NCBI GenBank assembly: GCA_027310185.1
Contig: DAIDBH010000010.1
Coordinates: 19,137 to 83,136 of the forward strand
DNA from: Thermoplasmatales archaeon
Lineage (GTDB): Archaea; Thermoplasmatota; Thermoplasmata; Thermoplasmatales; Thermoplasmataceae
Reading direction: 5' to 3'
Length of the DNA: 64,000 bases
The notes under the pieces: generated by a model
Told to the model about the DNA's origin: nothing
What the model saw: only the letters and a program-made list of their open reading frames with translations
Databases searched by the model: none
Program-made: the position numbers and the translations under genes
In this document: in pieces, positions 19,788 through 29,190 of the stretch
Position numbering within the stretch: position 1 is the first letter of the stretch
Layout: the number at the start of each line of letters is the position of its first letter

Positions 19788-19907
19788 ATGTGTTCTGATT
19801 GTTTCGAGGAGCAGTGCACATGCGAATACTGTGTGGAATACAGGCATCAGCAGGCATGCCCCGTATGTGGTCACCTTGTATTCCTGGACTGCTGCCAGGG
19901 ATTTTAG
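19788..19907 (+). CDS. Cys-rich micro-protein (39 aa, metallothionein/zinc-finger-like)
   Basis: MCSDCFEEQCTCEYCVEYRHQQACPVCGHLVFLDCCQGF. TATA-like TTTTTAT ~25 nt upstream of ATG 19788. The ORF track extends it upstream into the opposite-strand gene. Confidence 0.7.
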   Translation: MCSDCFEEQCTCEYCVEYRHQQACPVCGHLVFLDCCQGF

Positions 19908-20024
19908 GAAGAAAACGTGAATAAAAAATGCATTATGCAATATGATGTTTTCCAGTGATTTTTTTGGAGTGAGAATCAGTGATAAAAGAGAAAAATTATA
20001 TTTCCAATCTGAAATTATCCATGG

Positions 20025-21053
20025 TTGGTTGACCTACAGACATTCATATTAAGGGTAAAAAAGGCATTAAAACACAATATAGGTAAAACCATACTTATGG
20101 CAGTGTTAGTACTAATATACAGCGTGTTCTCTGAATATTACATAGAAAACCCAATTGGAAGCTCCGGCATTCACTCTCTTTTCGAATCGCTCTGGTGGAC
20201 AATGCAGACAGTTACGACGGTTGGGTATGGGGACGTAACAATTGTTGGATTCATGGGAAAATTAAATGCCATATTCATAATGATTATCGGTGTGGGAAGT
20301 TTCAGTCTATTGCTCGTGTCAATAGGAGCTGAACTTATAGACGCCAAGCTTCTCAGAAGATTTGGAGAGGTGAGAACAAAAATGAAGGATCATGTAATAA
20401 TATGTAATTACTCAGAAAAGCAGGCAGACATAATTGAGGCCATAATGAAGGATAAGAATCCCTTTATAGTACTTGGTCAGGATCCCCCGGCAAAGGAAAA
20501 GGAAAACATGGAGTTTGTGAAGGGAAACCCCCTGGATTATAATGACCTCAAGAGGGCTGGTATTGAAAACAGTCACACAGCAATAATTTTTCCAAACGAG
20601 AAATATGGCTCAGAAAATTCACTTGCTGTAGATGCTGAATCGATTCTTATCGTGATGACAGTCAAAAAATTAAATCCGGAAATCAACACGATTGTGGAAC
20701 TCATGAATAAATCAAGCAGAGAGCATGCCATTGAATCAGGCGCAGACGAAATTATAGTGAGAGGGGATATGAGTTCCTCAGCTATTGTTAAACTGATAAA
20801 TAATCCCGGGTCCTGGAAATTCATTTCAAAAATATTTTCTCAATCAGACGGCATGGACTTCATAGAAACAACAGAAGATGATTATAAGGGAAAAAGTTTC
20901 AGTGAACTATACCGGTCAGTGGAAAATGACTGGAGGAAAATAATTGCCATTAGAAAGGGTGATGATTACCTGTTAAGGCCTGATGAGAACTCTATATATC
21001 AGGGAGAATTACTCATTATTCTGGAGAAATCCAAGAAAACAATGAAAAATTAA
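20025..21053 (+). CDS. MthK-like potassium channel (2TM pore + RCK/TrkA-N domain)
   Basis: Selectivity filter TTVGYGD; RCK domain starting DHVIICN. Confidence 0.93.
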   Translation: MVDLQTFILRVKKALKHNIGKTILMAVLVLIYSVFSEYYIENPIGSSGIHSLFESLWWTMQTVTTVGYGDVTIVGFMGKLNAIFIMIIGVGSFSLLLVSIGAELIDAKLLRRFGEVRTKMKDHVIICNYSEKQADIIEAIMKDKNPFIVLGQDPPAKEKENMEFVKGNPLDYNDLKRAGIENSHTAIIFPNEKYGSENSLAVDAESILIVMTVKKLNPEINTIVELMNKSSREHAIESGADEIIVRGDMSSSAIVKLINNPGSWKFISKIFSQSDGMDFIETTEDDYKGKSFSELYRSVENDWRKIIAIRKGDDYLLRPDENSIYQGELLIILEKSKKTMKN

Positions 21054-21084
21054 ATAAGGTTTGCAACATTGCAGTAAAAAAGAA

Positions 21085-21169
21085 GCAGAGGTTGTCGAGA
21101 TTGGTCAAAGGCGCCAGATTGAGGGTCTGGTTTCGTAGGGATACGAGGGTTCAAATCCCTCCCTCTGCA
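21085..21169 (+). tRNA. tRNA-Leu (GAG)
   Basis: GCAGAGG/CCTCTGC acceptor stem, anticodon arm CCAGA-TTGAGGG-TCTGG, long variable arm, GGTTCAAATCC T-loop, discriminator A, no encoded CCA. Confidence 0.96.
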
Positions 21170-21271
21170 TAGTTGTTTTTATGAATCTACTTAGATATCT
21201 TCCCTAAAAACTATATTTTGAACTGATTAAAACCAGATATATACACAAATTAAATTGTTATTCAAATAAAA

Positions 21272-21418
21272 CTACTTGTCAAGCTTCTTCTTCAGGTCAT
21301 TAATTTCATTCTGAATATTCTTGTCCTTTGGATTTCGCCTTGCCCTTTCTTCCAGTTCCTCGATCTTTGATTCTATACTCTTTTTCTTTCTTGTGAGATC
21401 TCTTTTGCTAAGCCCCAT
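21272..21418 (-). CDS. Small basic helical protein (48 aa)
   Basis: Hand translation MGLSKRDLTRKKKSIESKIEELEERARRNPKDKNIQNEINDLKKKLDK*. Purine-rich coding style; AT-rich promoter-like region upstream. Confidence 0.75.
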   Translation of the reverse strand: MGLSKRDLTRKKKSIESKIEELEERARRNPKDKNIQNEINDLKKKLDK

Positions 21419-21542
21419 ACGTACTAATTTAATCAGGTAAAATAAATATTTGCATTTGGAAGAATATTCAAATTCAATAATTACTATTAAAATGACTGTG
21501 GCAAAACAATAAAGTTTTACACATTAAATTCATAGTGGAACT

Positions 21543-23924
21543 ATGGAAGTTCTAAACTACTGGATAAAACTGGAATATGATCACAGTAACAAGACATATA
21601 GTGGAAAGGAAAAGATACAGCTTGAAGGAAAGGAAGACAAACTAATTCTGAACACTCTGGAACAGAAAATAAGCAAGATAACTCTTGACGGAAAGAATGT
21701 GGAACTTCTGGCAGGCAGGAGGGACGACGAAAAGGTGATCGAGGCAAAATTAAATGGAAAATCACTTCTTGAAATCGAATTCACTTCAAAACTTAATGAC
21801 GCATTAACTGGACTTTATCTGGCAAGGGCATCAGACGGCTCAGAGATGGCAACTACCCAGTTCGAGTCCATAGGTGCCAGAAGGGCGTTTCCATGTTTTG
21901 ACAATCCATCCATGAAAGCAACTTTTGATATAGAGATCACCACAGGCTCAGATCTTGATGTGATTTCCAATATGCCTGAAAAGGAGGTAGTCAAATCAGG
22001 CAGCGTGAAGACTGTCAAGTTCCAGAGAACACCAAGAATGTCAACCTACCTTGTTTACATAGGAATAGGAAAGTTCGAGACAAAGGAGAGCAGCTTTGAA
22101 AATGTAAAGTTATATCTTTCTGGACTCAGGGGAAACCTTGATACTACAGATTTCCCTCTGGTAATGGCAGCACAGTCTCTCGAATTTTTTAACAAATACT
22201 TCGGAATAAAATACCCATTGCCAAAGATGCATCTCATATCTGTTCCAGAATTTGCAGCAGGTGCGATGGAAAACTGGGGCGCAATAACATTCAGGGAGGT
22301 TGCAATCCTGGTCAACAAGAGTACCGGAGGGGCAACAAAAAAGAGGGTTGCAGCTGTAATTGCTCACGAGATAGCACATCAGTGGTTCGGGAACCTTGTA
22401 ACAATGAAATGGTGGAATGATCTGTGGCTGAATGAGAGTTTTGCAACATTCATGATGTATAAGGTCGTGGAAAATTACTATCCTGAATGGAAGGTTACCG
22501 GTGATATGCTATTATCAAGGGGAAGAGGGGCTTTCACCGATGACTCACTTGAAAGCACTCACCCAATAGAAGCTAATGTGAAGGAACCCGAAGAAATTGA
22601 GCAGATATTCGATCAGATAAGCTATGGAAAGGGGGGAATGATCCTGAGAATGATTGAATCCTACGCAGGCAATGAGAGCTTCCAGGATGGGTTACACAAT
22701 TATCTGGAGAAATTTTCATACTCAAACGCAGAAGGACAGGACCTCTGGAAAAGCATTGCTAAATCATCAGGAAAGCCGGTTGATAGAATAATGGAATCCT
22801 GGGTGAAGAGGGAAGGGTACCCCATGTTGAAATTAAAATATGATTCCAACAGGATAAAGATAACCCAGTCAAGGTTCTATCTTGATGGCAGGGAAGGCAG
22901 GGATATATGGCCTGTTCCACTTACTGTTCTGAGGGAAAACGGCGTAGAAAGCAACCTTATGGAAACAAGGGAAATCACGATTCCAGGAGATGGATTTGTT
23001 AAGCTGAACGTTGGAGAAACAGGATTCTATAGGGTACTTTATCCTGAGGAATTTTACGCAAACATTTACAGCAGATCAGAAGAGCTCGACTACAAGGATT
23101 TCATAGGAATACTGTCTGATCTTTATGCATTTGTTGTATCCGGGAAGATAGATCTAAAGGTATACCTTGATGTGGTAAAGCAATTCTCAAATTCCTCAGA
23201 TCTTAATGTTGTAACCCAGATATCAAACGACCTCGCAGAATTGAGAAACATATTAACATCCAGTAATGCCCTTGATGAAACGTACCTAAACTTCCACAGG
23301 GAGCAGGTAAGGAGACTCGAAGCAAAGAAATCAACAGACGTAAATGATTCTATTCTATACGGAACAGTACTCAGAAGACTTGTTGATGTTGATGGCGAGA
23401 AGGCAGGGGAAATGGCTGCAAAATTCAAAAATATGGAAAACGAAATTCCCGATATAAGAGATTCCATAGCAGTTGCATATGCAAAGGAGACAAAGAACCT
23501 GCAGGAAATACAAAAGAAGATGTTTGCACTTAAGAGCGATGAAGATAAGGTAAAGCTCATAGTGGCCGCAGGGCATATTCCAGGGGAGGACGCATTCAAT
23601 TCAATGTACGGTCTGATAGAAGAGGGAAAGATAAAGAAACAGGATGTGGCTTCATACTTTACCTCATTTGGGGCCTATAGAGAGAACAGGGACCTTGCGA
23701 TGAAGGAATTCGGCAAAATGGTTTCAAAACTTCAGGACATCTTCAGTGGATCTGGAACCGCATCAAACCTGGTCTTTGCCCTTGCACCCCTTGTTGGCCT
23801 TAACAGGGTTAAGGAAATGGAAACTCTTCTAAACAGCATACGAAATCCGAAGGTGGAAAGAGGAATAATGAAAGGCATGGAAAGACTGAAAATAAACCAA
23901 AAACTTCTGGATAGAATGCAGTGA
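21543..23924 (+). CDS. M1 zinc aminopeptidase, tricorn-interacting factor F2/F3 type
   Basis: TQFE, AFPCFD, GAMENWG, HEIAHQW-x18-E (WLNESFA), ISYGKG. Confidence 0.95.
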   Translation: MEVLNYWIKLEYDHSNKTYSGKEKIQLEGKEDKLILNTLEQKISKITLDGKNVELLAGRRDDEKVIEAKLNGKSLLEIEFTSKLNDALTGLYLARASDGSEMATTQFESIGARRAFPCFDNPSMKATFDIEITTGSDLDVISNMPEKEVVKSGSVKTVKFQRTPRMSTYLVYIGIGKFETKESSFENVKLYLSGLRGNLDTTDFPLVMAAQSLEFFNKYFGIKYPLPKMHLISVPEFAAGAMENWGAITFREVAILVNKSTGGATKKRVAAVIAHEIAHQWFGNLVTMKWWNDLWLNESFATFMMYKVVENYYPEWKVTGDMLLSRGRGAFTDDSLESTHPIEANVKEPEEIEQIFDQISYGKGGMILRMIESYAGNESFQDGLHNYLEKFSYSNAEGQDLWKSIAKSSGKPVDRIMESWVKREGYPMLKLKYDSNRIKITQSRFYLDGREGRDIWPVPLTVLRENGVESNLMETREITIPGDGFVKLNVGETGFYRVLYPEEFYANIYSRSEELDYKDFIGILSDLYAFVVSGKIDLKVYLDVVKQFSNSSDLNVVTQISNDLAELRNILTSSNALDETYLNFHREQVRRLEAKKSTDVNDSILYGTVLRRLVDVDGEKAGEMAAKFKNMENEIPDIRDSIAVAYAKETKNLQEIQKKMFALKSDEDKVKLIVAAGHIPGEDAFNSMYGLIEEGKIKKQDVASYFTSFGAYRENRDLAMKEFGKMVSKLQDIFSGSGTASNLVFALAPLVGLNRVKEMETLLNSIRNPKVERGIMKGMERLKINQKLLDRMQ

Positions 23925-24016
23925 AGAATCAAAATTTTCATTATTTTCATCCTAATAATGCAAAGCCAATGGGGAGAATTATAAAGAATATCAACATGAA
24001 GTTAGAGGTGTGAACT

Positions 24017-24577
24017 TTGAGTGGAGAATTAACAAGAAGTCAGAAAAATTTTTTGAACAAACTTATGGAGGAATCCTCTGAAAGACTTGAAGCTTCAGAA
24101 AAATTCATGAGAAATCTTGGAAAGGGAGAGATATCTGAACTGAGTGTACAGGAGGCATCCAGACTTATTGATGAACTGCAAAAGATAAAGACTGAGGGTG
24201 GCAGTTCCATTGGAGGCAATGGGCCAACGAAGAAGCAGAAAACATTCATTTCAAACTTGCAGGATAGTGAAGAGAGAATAGCGTTCACAAGAAAGTATCT
24301 CGAGAAGGCTGGGAAGAAAAGTGTAGATGAGTTGAATGTGAAGGAGGCATCGGCCCTTATAGACGGTCTAATGGAAAAGAAAGGAGATCCTGAAAGATCA
24401 AGGGCACAGACAGATTTCCAGGCAACACCAAAGCAGATAAATTATATCAGGAGTCTTCAGAAATCTGAAAAAGATCAAAAAACAGTTACAGAGTACCTGA
24501 AATCAATAGGCAAGAAGTCCCTGGATGAGATCACGAGAACAGAGGCAAGTACAATTATTGAAAAACTTAAAATTTAG
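24017..24577 (+). CDS. Hypothetical protein made of three tandem ~60-aa helical repeats
   Basis: Three copies of TxxQxx[FY][IL]xxL...GK..[IVL][SD]E[LI]...EASx[LI]I[DE]xL. Confidence 0.8.
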   Translation: MSGELTRSQKNFLNKLMEESSERLEASEKFMRNLGKGEISELSVQEASRLIDELQKIKTEGGSSIGGNGPTKKQKTFISNLQDSEERIAFTRKYLEKAGKKSVDELNVKEASALIDGLMEKKGDPERSRAQTDFQATPKQINYIRSLQKSEKDQKTVTEYLKSIGKKSLDEITRTEASTIIEKLKI

Positions 24578-24673
24578 AACCGTTTTCAAAGAAATTTTTA
24601 AAAATCCATATGACTTCATGATTTTTTCAATTAATCACAGATATGATTTTATTTCCATATAGTATCAGGTATT

Positions 24674-25240
24674 ATGAAAGGAGTCAATAATGCAACAGAT
24701 CTGATAATTGAAAACAATCCCATGTACTCACTCATGATAAAGAGTGGTATTGTGAATTATACAAGTCTCGCAAGGAAGATAAAGAAGCAGGTAGAATCAA
24801 TGACCGGAAAAGAGGTAAAACTCAATACACTTGTAAAATACATCACATCCATAACACCAAGTGAAAAGGAGGATTACCAGATCAACTACCTGAAGAAATC
24901 CAATCTAGATGTGGAATTCAAGTTTGCAGAAAAGGAGGGAAAGGAATTTGATCCTGAACGGGAAGACATATTCCTGGTTTATAAAACACAGGATGGCTTC
25001 AAGTTTCTGGTCAGAAATGATCCCGAAGGAAATCTGGCATGTATACGAATAACCCTTCCCCCAGAGGCAAAGAAGGCGCCAGGAATAACTCTTTTTGTTG
25101 TGGAATTCCTCAGCATGCAACAGATTTCGATTGAAAAGATATACAGGTTTGATCTTGAAATCATTCTTGTATGCGCAGTGGATGTAGCAAGCAAGGTAAT
25201 ATCAAGCCTGAGTGATCTGATATTCAAATCCTACCTCTGA
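24674..25240 (+). CDS. Conserved archaeal protein with N-terminal helical domain and ACT-like C-terminus
   Basis: GIVNYTSLARKI motif and 'I.LPPE...PGI' ACT-like segment; lies upstream of the met genes. Confidence 0.7.
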   Translation: MKGVNNATDLIIENNPMYSLMIKSGIVNYTSLARKIKKQVESMTGKEVKLNTLVKYITSITPSEKEDYQINYLKKSNLDVEFKFAEKEGKEFDPEREDIFLVYKTQDGFKFLVRNDPEGNLACIRITLPPEAKKAPGITLFVVEFLSMQQISIEKIYRFDLEIILVCAVDVASKVISSLSDLIFKSYL

Positions 25241-25439
25241 CATCCTCTCAATTGACAGTACCATCAAAAACCAATCTGAAATTTGCTTTCCTGCCAGAAT
25301 GTTCAAAAGGTTGGAATGTAATTGATTAGACATACCAGTCTATGATTTCAGGGGATCATCTTAATATTTTGAAAAGTAAAATTACTCACACTAATTTTTT
25401 ATAATTTAAAAACTTAATACAAAGCCAATATATGAAAAA

Positions 25440-26252
25440 GTGCAGATTTCAAATTTCCAGAGCAGGCAGAAAATACTTAAATCAGTTGAAATAGTTCCAA
25501 GAAGGAACGGGAATATTGACGATCTGCTGGAAGCAAGGGAAATTTTCTCAGATCTTGCCGACATGGTTACAGCTCCAGAAAATCAGATGGGAAGGCCTGG
25601 AATAGATCCGCTTGCTGCACTTTATATAATCACTCAGGGAACGAACATGGTTGCTATGCCACACGTTACCCCGCGAGACAAGAACTCTCTTTATATATCG
25701 TCCCAGGTTCTGACATCGATGAAACTTGGAATCAATCATTTCTTTGTAATCGGGGGAGATCCAATATCAAATAATATGGGGAGGGAAGTAAGGGAACTGG
25801 ATACTAATGAAACTATCAGGCACATCAGGAAGGTTTCTCTGGGACTTGAACTGAATATGGAGGCAGTAATAGGAGGTGCACTGAATCCATACAGGAATTC
25901 AGAAGAGGAAATAGTCGGTTCAAAAATAGATTCTGGTGCCACACTATTCATAAGCCAGATGTGTTATAACAGTGAACCGTTCAAGAAGAAATGGATCAGG
26001 CAGAGAAAATTCAAGCTCTTCATAGGTTTTATGCCAATCCTGAAGAAAAGCAGCGTGGAATCCCTATCTAAAATGGGAGTTGTACTGCCAGAAAGCATAA
26101 AATCACTTATCGAGGATTCAGAAAATCTGAGAGACACATCCATGAAACTCATAGATGACCTTGTGAATGACTTGAAAGGATATATTGATGGAATTCATAT
26201 TATGCCAATTGGAAATAATGAAATTGCAAAAGAAATAATGGAGATCTTATAA
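25440..26252 (+). CDS. metF: Methylenetetrahydrofolate reductase
   Basis: SVEIVP, PHVTPRDKN, VIGGDP, KIDSGATLFISQ, GIHIM. Confidence 0.85.
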   Translation: MQISNFQSRQKILKSVEIVPRRNGNIDDLLEAREIFSDLADMVTAPENQMGRPGIDPLAALYIITQGTNMVAMPHVTPRDKNSLYISSQVLTSMKLGINHFFVIGGDPISNNMGREVRELDTNETIRHIRKVSLGLELNMEAVIGGALNPYRNSEEEIVGSKIDSGATLFISQMCYNSEPFKKKWIRQRKFKLFIGFMPILKKSSVESLSKMGVVLPESIKSLIEDSENLRDTSMKLIDDLVNDLKGYIDGIHIMPIGNNEIAKEIMEIL

Positions 26253-27152
26253 ATGAATGTTAAAACACTTGTATATGGAATATACCCGAGAAGTGACAGG
26301 CTGAGACTGGATTATGGAAGACATGAAAGAGGAGTACTTTCTACTGAAAAGTTGAAAGCCATAATCAGAGAGGAAAAGGAGACATTCTACGGATTGACTG
26401 ATGGAATCGATCTTGTAACGGATCCTCTCTTCAACTGGTATGACATTTTCAGGCCAATAGTCCTATCTGTGGGGGGAATACAGTTAGGGCCACTGAGAAG
26501 GTATGGGGAGACAAACACATTTTACAGGGAACCCCTAATCGAGGGGAAAGGAGAACTGAAGCTTGATGTTTTCACCGAGCATGAATTTGAGGAAAACCCA
26601 CCTTTCCCAATGTTCTACGGAGGCAGGAGAAAAATTATACCAATTTTTCCTTCGCCGGTAGTGATGTACAGAATGTCATCCAGTGAAGGAAATTATTCCG
26701 TCCAGGACTTTTCAGAAAATCTGCTTGAAATATATGGTAAATTGGCTGACAGGATGGGGTCAAGAAAAATATTGATATTCTCACCACAAATTGTTGAAAA
26801 TGATATTTCATCTATGAAAAAAATATGCTCAACACATGAGATCATACTCCTTTCACCAGAAGGGATAAGGCATGAGGATTTTCATAGCATCAACTTCAAG
26901 TTTAACTCTATTATTGTCAACAGGAAAGAGGATTTACATGTGGCAGGGGATCATTCCATGACTCCGGGTTTCGGGATCCTTGATGCACACAATACAAGAG
27001 TAGAATCTGGGAAAGACATAGAAAAACTGATAGGGGAAATTGAAAATGAATTCAGCTTCAATGATCTGATAGCAACCCATAACGATTACATGGATTTCCT
27101 TCCAAGAACAATAGCAGACAGGAAGGTTAAGATACTTAAGGAGGTAAATTAG
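26253..27152 (+). CDS. N-terminal (folate-binding) half of split cobalamin-independent methionine synthase
   Basis: GIYPR, TDPLFNWYD, RYGETNTFYREP, C-terminal MDFLP...A..K; abuts the MetE catalytic half. Confidence 0.8.
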   Translation: MNVKTLVYGIYPRSDRLRLDYGRHERGVLSTEKLKAIIREEKETFYGLTDGIDLVTDPLFNWYDIFRPIVLSVGGIQLGPLRRYGETNTFYREPLIEGKGELKLDVFTEHEFEENPPFPMFYGGRRKIIPIFPSPVVMYRMSSSEGNYSVQDFSENLLEIYGKLADRMGSRKILIFSPQIVENDISSMKKICSTHEIILLSPEGIRHEDFHSINFKFNSIIVNRKEDLHVAGDHSMTPGFGILDAHNTRVESGKDIEKLIGEIENEFSFNDLIATHNDYMDFLPRTIADRKVKILKEVN

Positions 27153-28184
27153 ATGTCAGAGAGACTTATAACACAGGAGATAGGAAGTTTCAGGAAGCCA
27201 GAATACCTGAGCAGGAAATTTCACAGCATAGAGGGAACAGATGAATACAGTGAACTCTGCCAGAAAGCAACGGATGAAACTCTGGAAACGTTCAACAGGG
27301 CAGGTCTTCATAACGTAGGAGTTGGTGGGGAAATGTACAGGTGGGAAATGTATGAACATTTTGCTAAAAGGGTTTCAAACATTGAATTTTACGGTCTGGT
27401 AAGATCATTTGATAACAGGTATTACAAGAAGGGAAGCGTGATGGGAATTCCTGAAAGAAAAACATCACTTCATCTTGAAGAACTAGAATATTTACTGAGG
27501 ACAACCAGGAAACCTTTGAAGGTTCCAATCACAGGTGCCTATACAATGATGGACTGGTCTTTCAATGAACATTACCACAGCAGGAGGGAACTGGCCATGA
27601 GATTTGCAGAACTAATCCACGAGGAAATAGAAACACTTCAGAATTCATGGAACAAATCAGGCAGAAAGGAGAAGCTGGAGATACAGATAGATGAGCCAGC
27701 AACAACAACACATCCATCAGAAATGGATATAGTGGTAGATTCCATGAATGCATCCATGGAAAAATTCAGGAATATTGAGTTCACGATCCATGTGTGTTAC
27801 AGCAAGGATTATCGTATTCTCTATGACAGAATTCCTGAAATGGGATTTCATGGATATAACCTGGAATATGCCAACAGGGATTCCCTTTCAGTCAATAAGA
27901 AGATCAGGGAAGGATATGAGGACCTGAAATATTTCAGGGACATTAACGACACACTTCAGGAAAAGAGGTTCATAGGACTTGGAGTCACGGATGTACATAT
28001 TGACACCATTGAATCTCCCGAATTGATTGAAAACAGGATTCATTATGCACTGGATATACTTCAGGATCCAGAACTCGTGAGGATAAATCCAGATTGCGGA
28101 TTGAGAACCAGATCCAGGGAAGTAGGATTTGAGAAACTAGCCAACATGGTAGAGGCAGCTAACAGGATTGGAGAAAAACTCTGA
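27153..28184 (+). CDS. metE: Cobalamin-independent methionine synthase, catalytic half
   Basis: EIGSFRKP, IQIDEPA, Zn ligands HVC, E and INPDCGLRT. Confidence 0.92.
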   Translation: MSERLITQEIGSFRKPEYLSRKFHSIEGTDEYSELCQKATDETLETFNRAGLHNVGVGGEMYRWEMYEHFAKRVSNIEFYGLVRSFDNRYYKKGSVMGIPERKTSLHLEELEYLLRTTRKPLKVPITGAYTMMDWSFNEHYHSRRELAMRFAELIHEEIETLQNSWNKSGRKEKLEIQIDEPATTTHPSEMDIVVDSMNASMEKFRNIEFTIHVCYSKDYRILYDRIPEMGFHGYNLEYANRDSLSVNKKIREGYEDLKYFRDINDTLQEKRFIGLGVTDVHIDTIESPELIENRIHYALDILQDPELVRINPDCGLRTRSREVGFEKLANMVEAANRIGEKL

Positions 28185-28246
28185 GGATTCAACAAATCCA
28201 TAACCGAACTGTGAAAAATTTATAATCATAACAGCCATAGGAAAGC

Positions 28247-29119
28247 ATGAAGGACCAGAATCCAATTGAGAGACTATCTTTTGCCGAACTCAAGACAATT
28301 GCAAAAAAATCCGGACTAAAAACAATTCCCAGGACCTACAAAAAAGCTGACCTGATAAAATATATTACAGAAAATTCAACAGAAGAGAAAAGAAAATCAT
28401 GGATCGACGAACTTTCAGAAGGCGAAAGGATAGTAGATGGTAGAGACAGGACCGCTACAAGAAAGGATGAGAAGAATGAAACATTCTCAAGAAAGGAATA
28501 TATGGTGGATCTTCAAAAAGAAAAGATACACAGAATTGTGGTTGAGGCAGCATGTGAACATTTCAAGGAGCCTCTGCCAAAGGGTACCGGTGTCAATTTT
28601 TATGATGGAATGAGTGACGAACTCCTAAAGCATCTCCATGATGTATTTGTAAAAAAGCTGGACGATCCTGAAGGAAAAAACTTTGAGCTTAGGAGTGCAA
28701 ACTGGCTCGTATACAGGGTCAAGGAGGTTGGCGCAATCAGGACAAGGCACACATTGCCAAATACCCAGGAATTACGGCTTGTAGGTTTTGATGTTGAGGG
28801 ATTGCCTTACTTTATCGGGGAATTTTCAAACGTGGGAATGACAGATCAAAATTTCAGGAAGGGAATTGAAAACGCCAGGAAGGTTCTGGAAAACTACGGT
28901 CCAAGGCTTATGAAGAAATACAAAAGTGCCTGGATGAGAGTTTACTATTTTGTTCCAGAGGAGCATTCTGATAACTTCCTCAAGCTTATCACCAGTGATA
29001 AATCCATAGCTGGTGATGGAACAATAAGGGTGAAGCGGGGATTCCTGAAGCAGGACTATTTCATAAAGATTTCAGCATTTAAGGTCAACGGGAACAAATA
29101 TACTGAGATCCATCCCTGA
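28247..29119 (+). CDS. Hypothetical protein: Rho-N/HeH-like N-terminus plus degenerate PD-(D/E)XK restriction-endonuclease-like domain
   Basis: LSFAELKTIAKKSGL...KKADLIKYI; GKNFE...QELRLVG...FIGEFS. Confidence 0.55.
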   Translation: MKDQNPIERLSFAELKTIAKKSGLKTIPRTYKKADLIKYITENSTEEKRKSWIDELSEGERIVDGRDRTATRKDEKNETFSRKEYMVDLQKEKIHRIVVEAACEHFKEPLPKGTGVNFYDGMSDELLKHLHDVFVKKLDDPEGKNFELRSANWLVYRVKEVGAIRTRHTLPNTQELRLVGFDVEGLPYFIGEFSNVGMTDQNFRKGIENARKVLENYGPRLMKKYKSAWMRVYYFVPEEHSDNFLKLITSDKSIAGDGTIRVKRGFLKQDYFIKISAFKVNGNKYTEIHP

Positions 29120-29190
29120 TAATTTTTTTTATTCTATACGAAAAATCCCCATTTCTCCCTATAAAAATCTCTTAAGTTTTATTAACAGAT

